From an uncultured Chloroflexia bacterium (GTDB lineage Bacteria; Chloroflexota; Anaerolineae; JAAYZQ01), in assembly GCA_963700285.1 (NCBI GenBank), contig CAVOXA010000014.1, forward strand, positions 800,001 to 864,000: a DNA stretch of 64,000 nt. The letters run 5' to 3'. Under the pieces are notes generated by a model. It was not told the DNA's origin, did not search any database, and saw only the letters and a list, made by a program, of their open reading frames with translations. Both the position numbers and the translations under genes were made by a program. Within the stretch, counting starts at the first letter, position 1. The number at the start of each line of letters is the position of its first letter. This document shows positions 28,329 to 38,224 of the stretch, in pieces.

Positions 28329-29135
28329 ATGATCCGTCGCGCAAGAGAACTTTATCAGTATCGGGAGTTGCTCAGGAACTTGGTTGTCCGAGATCTGAAG
28401 GTACGCTACAGGAACTCGGTCCTGGGGGTCTTGTGGTCCCTGCTCAACCCTTTGTTGATGACGTTGGTGTTCACCGTCGTCTTTACACTGATGATACCCA
28501 GCAACATCCCAAACTACCCGGTATTCTTTATGTGCGGCTTTCTGCCGTGGACCTTCTTGGCCTCCTCACTGAATGGGGCAACGGGCTCGATCATCAACAA
28601 TTCCAATCTGATCAAAAAAGTGTACTTTCCCAGGGACATCCTGCCACTGGCAGACGTCCTGGCCAACTTGGTTCACTTTTTGGTAGCCCTGTTGGTGCTC
28701 TTTGCCATGGTCTATGCCTTTCAGATGAAGCTGACGCCGGCGGTGCTCATGCTACCGCTCATCATCCTGACGCAATTGATGTTTGTCGCCGGCCTGGCCC
28801 TGTTGCTGTCAACCGCGAATGTCTTCTACCGCGACACCCAGCACATTCTGAGCGTCGTGATCCAGGCTTGGTTCTTTCTGACGCCGGTCTTCTACCCCAT
28901 CACCGTTTTGCCCGAGAGCGCTGAGATTCTGGGGTTCACCCTTAACGTCCAACTCTGGGTCCGGCGTCTGAATCCGATGGCATCGCTGATAGCTTCGTAC
29001 CGCGATGTCATCTATCGCGGTGACTTTACAGGGTTGGATTTTTTCTTGAGAACGTTTGTGACCTGCCTGATCACGATACTGATCGGCTACTATGTATTCT
29101 GCCGCTTCAGCTCCCTATTTGGGGAAGAAGTTTAG
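28329..29135 (+). CDS. ABC-2 polysaccharide transporter permease (Wzm/TagG-like)
   Basis: RDLKVRYRNSVLGVLWSLLNPLL, LIKKVYFPR, FYRD, TPVFYP, NPM. Confidence 0.92.
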   Translation: MIRRARELYQYRELLRNLVVRDLKVRYRNSVLGVLWSLLNPLLMTLVFTVVFTLMIPSNIPNYPVFFMCGFLPWTFLASSLNGATGSIINNSNLIKKVYFPRDILPLADVLANLVHFLVALLVLFAMVYAFQMKLTPAVLMLPLIILTQLMFVAGLALLLSTANVFYRDTQHILSVVIQAWFFLTPVFYPITVLPESAEILGFTLNVQLWVRRLNPMASLIASYRDVIYRGDFTGLDFFLRTFVTCLITILIGYYVFCRFSSLFGEEV

Positions 29136-29248
29136 GTACTGTCAGCAGGACCGCACGAAAAGCCCTCCCACCTGCAGCCACCACGCAGGCGCGGCAGGAC
29201 TCACGGCGAGTGGCTGCCTGGCAAGCACTGAATATTGAAAGTGGTATC

Positions 29249-30928
29249 ATGCAAAAACCAAAGAAAATCATGATTATCGGCCTGGATGGCGTCCCCTTGG
29301 GCATCATTCAGCGATGGACGGAGGGTGGATACCTGCCTACCCTCCAGCGCTTGATGGACACCGGTACGGTGGGACATCTACACTCTACGGTGCCGCCCAC
29401 ATCCGGGCCATCCTGGTCCTCCTTTGTGACAGGGATGAATCCTGGAAAGACGGGAATCTATGATTTCCTGTACCGCAGGGACGGAACCTACAGCTTTCCT
29501 CCGGTGAATGCTTCACAACGCGGGGGGACCTCGATATGGCGCTATCTAAGCGACGCCGGATACCAGGTAGGTGTACTGAACATCCCCATGTCCTACCCTG
29601 TGGAACAGGTCAATGGATTCATGGTCAGCGGTTGGCTGACACCTTATGCCGCAAAAGACTATATCTACCCGGCTGAGCTGTCCGACGAACTCGAGCAAGA
29701 GATCGGTGAATATCGGATCTATCCGACTGAGACATTCGCTGAAGGCCGGAAGGATGACTTTCTGAAGGCCAGCTATGAGCTGCTGGAAATGCGCACCCGT
29801 ACCGCCTTGTATCTGGCGCAGAATAAACCATGGGACGTGTTCATGACCGTTTTCTTTGACACGGATCGTTTTCTGCACCAGATGTGGCACTACTTGGAAC
29901 CTGAGCATCCTTGGCGAACCGACGGCGAGGACAAGGAACAAGTGGTACGCGAGTACTTTCAGAAGGTTGACGAGAGCATTGGCTGCCTGGTGGATTGTGC
30001 TGATGAGGACACGATGATCATCATCCTGTCGGACCATGGCATGGGGCAAGCCAATAACTTTATTGTTCTGAACAACTGGCTGCTTGAGGTAGGGCTGTTG
30101 CGCCTGAAACGAGATCCTTGGACGCTTTTCAAAGAGTTCATGTTTCGCAACGGCTTCACCCTGCGAAACATCCACCAGATTGCTGACCGGATGGGACTGG
30201 CGCAACAAGCAGAGTATGTTGCCGGGTACTTTGTCGACCATCTGCTCAAGTTGGCATTCCTCTCCTTCCTGGATGTAGACTGGAGCGCATCAAAGGCATA
30301 CTCCTTTGGCCGGCACCTCGGCTCGGTTTATGTGAATCTAAAAGGGCGTGAGCCCCAGGGTATTGTCGAACCGGGGGCAGAATATGAGGCCGTGCGAGAC
30401 GAGATCGAGAGCTTGGCCTACGAGTTCCGGGATCCACTGACCGGGCGCCAACTAATCGGCGAGGTTCTGCGTCGAGAAGACATATACAGCGGACCTTTTG
30501 TGGGACGGGCTCCCGATCTCATCCTGCGGCCAAGGGAGCCATCCGATATCTTTTTCGGTCTGGCTGATTTTGGTCACAGGAATACCGTGGACACTGTATA
30601 TCGCTACTCGGGTATGCATCGGGACTATGGGATGCTCATCATGAATGGGCCGGCCATTCGCCAGGGAAGCGAGATTACGGGCGCTGTCATCCACGACATC
30701 GCGCCGACCATACTGCATACCATGGGCCTGGCCGTGCCGTCAGACATGGATGGCCGGGCATTGGAGGACGCATTCTCCGAAGGCTATATGGAACGGTTTC
30801 CCGTGAAAACAACCTTGGCATCGCCGGGACCACGACCCCAGGATTCTGATGCCACTGGTACTGACTATACCGAAGAGGGTGAGAAAGAGATTATGGAGCG
30901 GCTGGAGGGATTGGGGTACCTGGGATGA
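29249..30928 (+). CDS. Alkaline phosphatase superfamily protein (type I phosphodiesterase/NPP-like)
   Basis: IIGLDG, STVPPTSGPSWSSFVTGMNPGK.G, SDHG, SGMH, DIAPTIL, ERLEGLGY. Confidence 0.88.
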   Translation: MQKPKKIMIIGLDGVPLGIIQRWTEGGYLPTLQRLMDTGTVGHLHSTVPPTSGPSWSSFVTGMNPGKTGIYDFLYRRDGTYSFPPVNASQRGGTSIWRYLSDAGYQVGVLNIPMSYPVEQVNGFMVSGWLTPYAAKDYIYPAELSDELEQEIGEYRIYPTETFAEGRKDDFLKASYELLEMRTRTALYLAQNKPWDVFMTVFFDTDRFLHQMWHYLEPEHPWRTDGEDKEQVVREYFQKVDESIGCLVDCADEDTMIIILSDHGMGQANNFIVLNNWLLEVGLLRLKRDPWTLFKEFMFRNGFTLRNIHQIADRMGLAQQAEYVAGYFVDHLLKLAFLSFLDVDWSASKAYSFGRHLGSVYVNLKGREPQGIVEPGAEYEAVRDEIESLAYEFRDPLTGRQLIGEVLRREDIYSGPFVGRAPDLILRPREPSDIFFGLADFGHRNTVDTVYRYSGMHRDYGMLIMNGPAIRQGSEITGAVIHDIAPTILHTMGLAVPSDMDGRALEDAFSEGYMERFPVKTTLASPGPRPQDSDATGTDYTEEGEKEIMERLEGLGYLG

Positions 30929-32586
30929 AGGTTCTGGTGATCGGCCTCGATGGTGTGACCTTTGATCTACTTGGCCCCTGGATCGATGCCGGGGAATTGC
31001 CCAACTTGCAGCGACTAATGCGGCAGGGGGCCTGGGGCAAACTCCGCTCAACGCTTCCGCCTATCAGTTCGTCATCCTGGAGTTCCTTTGCCACCGGCGT
31101 GAACCCTGGAAAGCATGGCCTGGTGGATTTTGTGTTCCCGGGCGCCGATAGCTACAAAGTATCTATGGTGAATGCCACCAGCAGAAAGACACGAGCACTC
31201 TGGAACTGGTTGAACAAGGGCGGCAAAAAAGTGGGGTTGCTGGGTATTCCAACCACCTACCCCCCCGAGCCTGTAGATGGCTTTATGATCAGCGGATTCC
31301 TTTCCCCTGGGCCAGATAGCGATTGGGCCTATCCACCCGAACTCAAAGAGGAGATTCTGGCCGAGCTGGGAGAGTTCCAGTTGGCGCCCAACGAGCGGTA
31401 TCGGTCTAGCCGGCACCCGGAGCGGTTCTTGGAGGACCTGACCGCAAGCGTAGAGAACCGCACCCAAGCCGCTCTCTATCTCATGCGCAACAAACCCTGG
31501 GATCTTTTTACGGTTGTGTACTGGGATACCGACATGGTCCAGCATGAAACTTGGCGGTTGCTGGATCCTACGCATCCACGCCATGATCCCGATGAGGCAG
31601 CTGCCCACCACGAGCAGATCTTGGACTTTCACCGGAAGGTTGATGCTGACGTGGGTCGCCTGCTGGCCGAGGTGGACTTGGAGACCCTTGTTGTGGTCAT
31701 GTCAGATCACGGATTCGGCCCTGTACATAGCTTCTTTCTGACCAACAATTGGCTGGCAGAACGGGGATACCTTGCATTCAAGCAGGGGGCACTGACAAGG
31801 GCAAAGCGCGCCTTGTTCCACTTGGGCTTCACACCGCTGCAGATGTTCCGGATCGCCAAAACCTTGGGGCTGGGAAGTCTGCGCAAGAAGGTGCGTTTCC
31901 AGCAGAAAGCAGGACTGCTCAACCGCTTGTTCCTGTCATTCGATGATGTAGACTGGTCGCGTACCAAAGCCTTTAGCATCGGCAGCTTTGGCCAGGTGTA
32001 TATCAATCTGGCTGGCGTGCGGCCCCAGGGAATTGTACAGCCTGGGCAGGAATACGAGAAATTGAAGGAAACAATTGCAGGCCAGGCCACTGCCCTACGG
32101 GACCCGCGCACGGGCGAGCCGTTGGTGGACCGAGTCTACCGTCGCGATGAAGTATATAGCGGTCCGTACCTGGCCCGCACACCCGATCTGATCATCCAGC
32201 CCCGAGGTTGGGAGTACATGGCCTTTGGTCACGCTGACTTTGGGTCCAACCAGTTGGTAGAACCAATTACTGGCCTGTCTGGTCACCACCGGCTGGATGG
32301 GGTTGTGATCTTGGCCGGCGATGGCATAAAAGCCGGCACGGCGCTGGAAGATGCAGGGATCGTAGATCTGACGCCGACCATCCTGCACGCCATGGGTCTG
32401 CCGGTGCCCCAAGAACTGGATGGACGGGTACTGAAGGAGGCATTCCAGGACTCCTCACCGGCTGCCCGGCCGGTTGTATACAGTCAGGACAACATATACA
32501 AAGATGGGGACTCAGCACCAGGTTTCTCGGATACGGAGATGGAAGAGATCCAGGAGAAGCTGCGGGGTTGGGGTTACGCAGGATAA
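30925..32586 (+). CDS. Alkaline phosphatase superfamily protein (paralog of upstream gene)
   Basis: VIGLDG, STLPPISSSSWSSFATGVNPGKHG, SDHGF, SGHH, DLTPTIL, EKLRGWGY; ATGA overlap. Confidence 0.88.
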   Translation: MKVLVIGLDGVTFDLLGPWIDAGELPNLQRLMRQGAWGKLRSTLPPISSSSWSSFATGVNPGKHGLVDFVFPGADSYKVSMVNATSRKTRALWNWLNKGGKKVGLLGIPTTYPPEPVDGFMISGFLSPGPDSDWAYPPELKEEILAELGEFQLAPNERYRSSRHPERFLEDLTASVENRTQAALYLMRNKPWDLFTVVYWDTDMVQHETWRLLDPTHPRHDPDEAAAHHEQILDFHRKVDADVGRLLAEVDLETLVVVMSDHGFGPVHSFFLTNNWLAERGYLAFKQGALTRAKRALFHLGFTPLQMFRIAKTLGLGSLRKKVRFQQKAGLLNRLFLSFDDVDWSRTKAFSIGSFGQVYINLAGVRPQGIVQPGQEYEKLKETIAGQATALRDPRTGEPLVDRVYRRDEVYSGPYLARTPDLIIQPRGWEYMAFGHADFGSNQLVEPITGLSGHHRLDGVVILAGDGIKAGTALEDAGIVDLTPTILHAMGLPVPQELDGRVLKEAFQDSSPAARPVVYSQDNIYKDGDSAPGFSDTEMEEIQEKLRGWGYAG

Positions 32587-32601
32587 GTGAATCGGCAAGC
32601 T

Positions 32602-32630
32602 TTGCTGAAAAGCGCCAAGTCTGATACAAT
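32602..32630 (+). promoter_or_regulatory. Sigma70-like promoter just upstream of wzz-like ATG
   Basis: TTGCTG-17-TACAAT with TGn; ATG begins 10 nt after the -10 end. Confidence 0.6.
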
Positions 32631-32639
32631 GGGACGATA

Positions 32640-33982
32640 ATGGAAGAAGAAATCGATCTGCGCGCCTACATTGAAGTCCTACTCCACCACTGGAAATGGA
32701 TTGCGGGATTGGCACTGATTCTGGCGATCATCGCTTTCGTCATCACCTCGCTTCAGCCCGCGACCTACCAAGCATCGGCCGTCGTCATCGTAACCCGGCC
32801 CCGGTATCAGATACAGTTCGACCCGCGTTTCCCGACGTCGCAGAACTGGACGCCGGCGTACAATGCCTTTCCAACGCTGGCTACCTCCGATGACATCCTT
32901 CAAGACGTGGTAGAGGCCTATACTCCTTCGCTCGAGGCCGGCATCAGCCCGTGGCGGCTTGGCGTGTTGTCAGGCATGGTCGAAGCCAGCTCGGGGGGGA
33001 TCCCAGCTTACTGTTGCTCAAGGTGGCATCCCGCTCTCCGCAGGATGCCGCAGGCATCGCCAATACCTGGAGCGACATTGTCGTGCGGGCCGGAAGTGAT
33101 ATTTTTGGTGAGAGTACGAAAGACATAGATTTCTTCAAGGACCAGGTGGCACAGGCAGGACAGGCGCTAGACGAAATAGATGCTGCCCTGATCGAGTTTG
33201 AAGCCCACAATCAGTCAAATATCATCAGAACAAAACTAGACTCTCTGAACCTGGCTCAGGCCGAATATTTAAGCGATCAGCGCACAATCTCATACATCAT
33301 TCAAGATATCCAGGGATTGCGCCGCCAGCTGGCAGCTCAACGAGACGACGAGGCCATGTCTTTCGCTGACGGCTTGACTGCGCTCTTGTTGCAGGTCAAG
33401 GCATTCAACGCCCGCGTCGCCACATCTGAGACCTCGGACTCAACCCTAGCTCTAGTCCCAGCTCCAGTCCCAGCCCCTATTGAACTACAGATCGACAGCA
33501 GCGAATCCCTTTCAAACAAGACACGAGCTGAGCAGATTGTCTTCTTGGATGATCTGGTGGCGACGCTGCAAACCAAATCCACCGAGACTGATGTGCGACT
33601 GGCGGAATTGGAGCCGCAGATCCTGGCCTCGCAGCGAACATTCCAACAACTCACGGCGGAACAAGATCGCCTCGTCCGCGCGCAAGAAGTGGCACGAGAG
33701 ACCTATCTCACGTTGACACGCAAACTGGATGAGGCGCGTATCGCGGCCCAAGAGGAGAACAGTAACCTGCAGGTGGGCAGCTATGCAGCCGTACCCGAGA
33801 GTCCCATAGGGCAGCGCAGGCTGTTCACCACCGGCGTGGTTGCGGTAGTGGCGTTGACTTTCGGTGTTCTTGCTGCTTTCTTTATCGACTTTTGGCGCAG
33901 GAGCAAGAAACAACCGCCAGACAGGGTGGAAGAACCCTCACCAACCTCTGAGGCGGTGCCGCCAGGAAAAGGCGTTGATTAA
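32640..33982 (+). pseudogene. Wzz/Wzc-like polysaccharide co-polymerase, frameshifted at G7 tract 32993-32999
   Basis: MEEEIDLRAYIEVL..W TM1 in ORF 32640..33128; SPQDAAGIAN, coiled coil, A.VPESP and TM2 in ORF 32951..33982; G8 would restore SSGGDPSLLLLKV. Confidence 0.85.
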
Positions 33983-35486
33983 GGCAAGGCGCTGGTCGGC
34001 CAGCTTGTGGTCTGTTTTTCCCGTGCTGGCGGGTGGAGCATTGTTGATACTGGCCTTTCCTTATTTGGCGAGTGCCCATCACCTGGAAGCTGGTGGGCGA
34101 GCACTCGATACCCCATCGCTCGCTCTCGAGCACCTGCACAAAGCCATCAAATGGGACGCGCAGAATGCCCAGGCTTACCTCCTGATGAGCACGGTCTATC
34201 GCGCTCAGGGAGACTGGTATGCTGCAGTAGAAGCGCTTGCACGCTACAGGGAACTGCGCCCCGGCAACCCGCTGGGCCCTATCGACTTGGCTCAACTCTA
34301 TGAAGAAATAGAGTCCGAGATGGCGACGATGCGCCGGGCTGACTTGATCTCCTTACTGCCGCAAGCCACGGTTGAGACGCCTGGCGTACCCGTGGCCACA
34401 CCTTACCATCAGCCAGATGAGCCGGCATGGAGCAGCTACGTAGCCAAGACGACGTTCAGCCTGTCTCCCCACCTGGGTGAACGGCCTACATTGTTTATGC
34501 ATCCGCCAGCCACAGCCACCTATACCTTGTCGTTGCCTCCGCAGCCTATCATGCTCCGTTTTGGCATGGGGATGGATCCCCAGGTAGATGGTTCGCCTGG
34601 GGATGGCGCTACATTTGACGTCTCTGTGAACGGCGAGCGTGTTTTCTTGGAGTACATGGACAAGGGCATGGCCAGCCAAGGTTGGCACGAGCGTACGGTG
34701 GACCTGGCAGCATGGGCTGGACAGGAAGTAGCGTTGACCCTGGCCACAAGGCCCGGGCCAGCAGGCGACACAACCGCGGACTGGGCCGGCTGGGGCACAC
34801 CTCAGGTGGTGGACGCGGAGTACTTGACCCTGGAGAAACTGGACCCTGGACCGGGCATGGTCAACGCCTGGCGACAGACTGGTCTGACGGCGGGGGATTT
34901 CATTGCGCGGGGCGAAAAGGCCCGTGAAGCAGGTCTCTACGACGAAGCATTGGCATGGTACCAGCGCGCGATGCGGCTGGAGCCACGAGTGGGAGATCCC
35001 TGGTACTTTGTCGGCCTTCTGCGCGAGAACCAGGAGATGTGGCCTCAAGCATTGGATGCCTACGCCCAGGCAGCTTCCGCAGAACGTCTGGTCCAGGTGG
35101 GTCGCAGTAGCGCATACCACCGCCTGGGCAGCATCTACCAGCGCCGATTGCCAAGTCCACAGCCCGAACGCGCGCTGGCGGCCTATCAGGCAGCCTTGGA
35201 TGCAGATGATTTCGGCCTGGCAGAAGATGCCGCATGGACGCACGTTCGATTGGCTCAACTCTATGATTCCCTTGAGCAAAATCCCGTTGCAGCCGAAGCT
35301 GAGATCTTGCAGGCACTAGAACTTGCGCCCAGCGATCCGTGGATCTATGTAGTTCTTGGAGACATATACCGGAGCAGAGGCCGAACAGCGGAGGCGACAG
35401 AACTGTACGAACAGGCATTGGCAATTGACCCCAACAGTGAGGCAGCACAAAGTCGCCTGAACGCAGTCAAGGAGGGGAATGACTAA
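33975..35486 (+). CDS. TPR-repeat membrane-anchored protein with central beta-sandwich domain
   Basis: N-terminal TM; multiple TPRs (ALAWYQRAMRLEP, YEQALAIDP); central LFMHPP..GDG..VDL..WAGQ.V.L..DWAGW domain; start uncertain. Confidence 0.8.
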   Translation: MIKARRWSASLWSVFPVLAGGALLILAFPYLASAHHLEAGGRALDTPSLALEHLHKAIKWDAQNAQAYLLMSTVYRAQGDWYAAVEALARYRELRPGNPLGPIDLAQLYEEIESEMATMRRADLISLLPQATVETPGVPVATPYHQPDEPAWSSYVAKTTFSLSPHLGERPTLFMHPPATATYTLSLPPQPIMLRFGMGMDPQVDGSPGDGATFDVSVNGERVFLEYMDKGMASQGWHERTVDLAAWAGQEVALTLATRPGPAGDTTADWAGWGTPQVVDAEYLTLEKLDPGPGMVNAWRQTGLTAGDFIARGEKAREAGLYDEALAWYQRAMRLEPRVGDPWYFVGLLRENQEMWPQALDAYAQAASAERLVQVGRSSAYHRLGSIYQRRLPSPQPERALAAYQAALDADDFGLAEDAAWTHVRLAQLYDSLEQNPVAAEAEILQALELAPSDPWIYVVLGDIYRSRGRTAEATELYEQALAIDPNSEAAQSRLNAVKEGND

Positions 35487-35740
35487 CAGGCTCGTCCGCC
35501 GTGGCCTGGCCGATGAAGAAAGCACGAGGTAAACATGTGTGCGGGAGGGTACAATCCAGGAGGGCGCAGCGATCACGGCTGCAGACTAGGGCACGTGCCC
35601 TGTTTCTTTCGATGGCGCAAATGTGCTCTCAAGGCGCCAAGCACAGGATGAAGATAGGCGCGACCATCGTGCAAACAAGCGCCCGCGAATCAAAGTGAGC
35701 CCAATGACGGACCGCAATTGTTGCTGGAAATCGTAGAGAT

Positions 35741-37255
35741 ATGCCACGCCCAACTGAACCAGAAACCGAACAAGCCACTCCCCTTCCGGAACCGCAGGAA
35801 GGCACCTTTGCCAGCGACGTAATCAAGCTGGCCGGTGGTACCACCCTTGCCCAGGTATTGACTGTGCTGGCAGCACCATTTCTCGCTCGGTTGTATGAGC
35901 CAAGTGCCTTTGGTACAGCCGCGGTTTTTGCTTCCCTCGCAGCCGTTATCGGAGTGGTAGCTTGCTTGCGCTACGAACTCGCGATCATGTTGCCCAAACG
36001 CGACAAGGATGCAGCGAACCTGCTGGCTGTCAGCCTCGTTTCGGTATTGGCCATAAGTGGACTGACCGCCATCCTCGTTTTATTCGCCCGTGAACCGATT
36101 GTACGTCTACTGAAAGTACCGAGTTTGGCGAACTACATGTGGCTTCTGCCTCTGGTTGTGCTGGCCAACGGGGTCTTTGTGGCCCTCTCCTACTGGAACT
36201 CGCGCACAAGGCGCTTTGGACGCCTATCAATCGCGGGTATATCCAGGTCTCTGGTTATGAACGGATCCCAGATGGCGGCGGGAATGACAGGCAATGCGCA
36301 TGCCGGCGCGTTGATTGGGAGCAGGGCACTGAGTTCCGTAATTACCATGATCGTGCTGGGAGGGCAGACATGGCGCGATGATCATGGCATATTTCAGCAA
36401 AGCATCAACTCGAAGGACATAGTAGCAGGGCTCAGACGCCATCACAAGTTCCCGCTGTATAGCACTTGGTCGGCGCTGCTAAACAGCATTTCGTGGCAGC
36501 TACCCACCTTTCTTCTGTCCGCATTCTTCTCATCTGCCGTGGTGGGATATTATGCACTTGGTACTCGCTTGCTCCGTATGCCGATGAGCCTTATTGGCAG
36601 TGCCATCGCACAGGTCTTTTTCCAGCGTGCAGCAGAAGCAAAAGAAAACGGCAGCCTGGCCATGGTGGTCGAGAGCGCCTTTCGCCGTCTCGTAATGATA
36701 GGCATGTTCCCCCTGCTGCTGCTAACAATCATTGGGAGAGATCTCTTCATCGTAGTGTTTGGCGCGAATTGGGCAGAAGCTGGCGTTTACGCACAGATCC
36801 TGAGCGTGTGGACCTTCTTCTGGTTTATCTCCTCGCCTCTCAGCACACTGTACAGTGTGCTCGAGAAACAGGAATCTGGGCTTGTGCTGAATACCATCAT
36901 TTTCGTCACACGACTTCTGTCACTTGGGATAGGTGGTGTTCAGGAAAACGCCCGTTTGGCGTTGTTGCTGTTTGGCGCGTCAGGCGCGATCGTATACGGC
37001 TATCTAAGCCTGGCAATCGTGGCTGCTTCGGGTGTACCATGGCGCAAAACCTTTGGTATACTGGCATTCTATTTCGCCTACTTTGTCCCCGCCGGAGCCA
37101 TTCTCATTGCTATGAAGGTTGCTGGCGCCGGATCTTTGGCTGTGGTGTTGGTTTCGTGCACTCTCCTTGGTCTGTACCTGCTATACCTGTTCAGAAGCGA
37201 ACCCGAAATGCATGTTCTCCTGCGACAAACTTGGGCTCGAAAAGGCAAGGACTGA
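35741..37255 (+). CDS. Wzx-type oligosaccharide flippase
   Basis: AQ.L..L..P.LARLY.P..FG, LRYELAI, FP.YS, VGYYAL, many TMs, 504 aa. Confidence 0.88.
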   Translation: MPRPTEPETEQATPLPEPQEGTFASDVIKLAGGTTLAQVLTVLAAPFLARLYEPSAFGTAAVFASLAAVIGVVACLRYELAIMLPKRDKDAANLLAVSLVSVLAISGLTAILVLFAREPIVRLLKVPSLANYMWLLPLVVLANGVFVALSYWNSRTRRFGRLSIAGISRSLVMNGSQMAAGMTGNAHAGALIGSRALSSVITMIVLGGQTWRDDHGIFQQSINSKDIVAGLRRHHKFPLYSTWSALLNSISWQLPTFLLSAFFSSAVVGYYALGTRLLRMPMSLIGSAIAQVFFQRAAEAKENGSLAMVVESAFRRLVMIGMFPLLLLTIIGRDLFIVVFGANWAEAGVYAQILSVWTFFWFISSPLSTLYSVLEKQESGLVLNTIIFVTRLLSLGIGGVQENARLALLLFGASGAIVYGYLSLAIVAASGVPWRKTFGILAFYFAYFVPAGAILIAMKVAGAGSLAVVLVSCTLLGLYLLYLFRSEPEMHVLLRQTWARKGKD

Positions 37256-37378
37256 CGCTGCATGAACCGCCCACCGAGTTCGTGAGGGTCAGGCACAGTA
37301 AGGGCTGCCCACCAACACTTTTCTTGGCCAGAGACTCTTCCGTCTTGGCCCATATCATCATAGGACTTTGGATGCGCA

Positions 37379-38092
37379 GTGTCTGATACGGTAGGGAACC
37401 TGATCCGAAAAAGCAGATGGCTAGTTCCCCTGCAGTTCAAGTCCATGAGCTTGGTTATCTGGCCAATTGGCGATCAGGACTACAAGCTCGCCCATCCAAG
37501 CTGTGGCTTGGAGGACATGAGCATCCACATTTGCCCAAGAAAAAAGGATCTGGAAAGCTTGAACACAGACAACGCCTACCGAATCTCAAGCGATGACTGG
37601 ATCCAAGGTCACTTTGACAGCAAACTTGAGCAAGGTCAGACTGCGATATGCGGCTTCTCCGGGGAAGATCTTGCCCATGTGATATGGGCAGCCGTTGGAG
37701 CCGAAGCGGGCCAGAAGCTCGTTTGGGATCCGCCTCTAGAACTGGACTGGAATCACAGTACGGTTCTCAGCGGTGCATACACTCCACCAATCTTCCGGGG
37801 AAAAGGCGCATTCCCTTACACAGCGACCGAAGGGCTGAAGTATCTCAAGGCCCTTGGCCTGACGAGAGCCTATACCGCGTTTCACTGGAAGAACAGCGCA
37901 TCCAAGAGGGGCCTGCACAAGGCAAATGCGCTATTAGCAGCGACTTGTTACCGCATGCGAATTAGATTTCCCGGACAAGGCGTCAGGTACATTCCTCTTC
38001 TGGCATATGGGTGCAAGCCGGACTCTGACAGCAAGTGGTACCGTCGACAGTTCGCTGACAGAATAAACTTTGTACCTGTATCCATTATGTGA
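37379..38092 (+). CDS. GNAT-like hypothetical protein
   Basis: AYTPPIFRGKG acetyl-CoA motif A, N.AS.R..K motif B; 5' end uncertain. Confidence 0.55.
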   Translation: MSDTVGNLIRKSRWLVPLQFKSMSLVIWPIGDQDYKLAHPSCGLEDMSIHICPRKKDLESLNTDNAYRISSDDWIQGHFDSKLEQGQTAICGFSGEDLAHVIWAAVGAEAGQKLVWDPPLELDWNHSTVLSGAYTPPIFRGKGAFPYTATEGLKYLKALGLTRAYTAFHWKNSASKRGLHKANALLAATCYRMRIRFPGQGVRYIPLLAYGCKPDSDSKWYRRQFADRINFVPVSIM

Positions 38093-38224
38093 CATCGCTG
38101 GTGTTGCGTACGGATGACCGTACAGGCATCCAAAGCAATGCTAATGCAAGCCTGGTTGCTCGCACTGCCTACATGGACGCGATTGACCTGTAGCGAAGAA
38201 TATGAAAAACCAGCTTAGCCAGAC

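Noticed and set aside
33448-33476. 12-bp near-tandem repeat (agctcYagtccc) in wzz-like gene
   Set aside because: Only about two in-frame units encoding a VPAP linker; ordinary low complexity.
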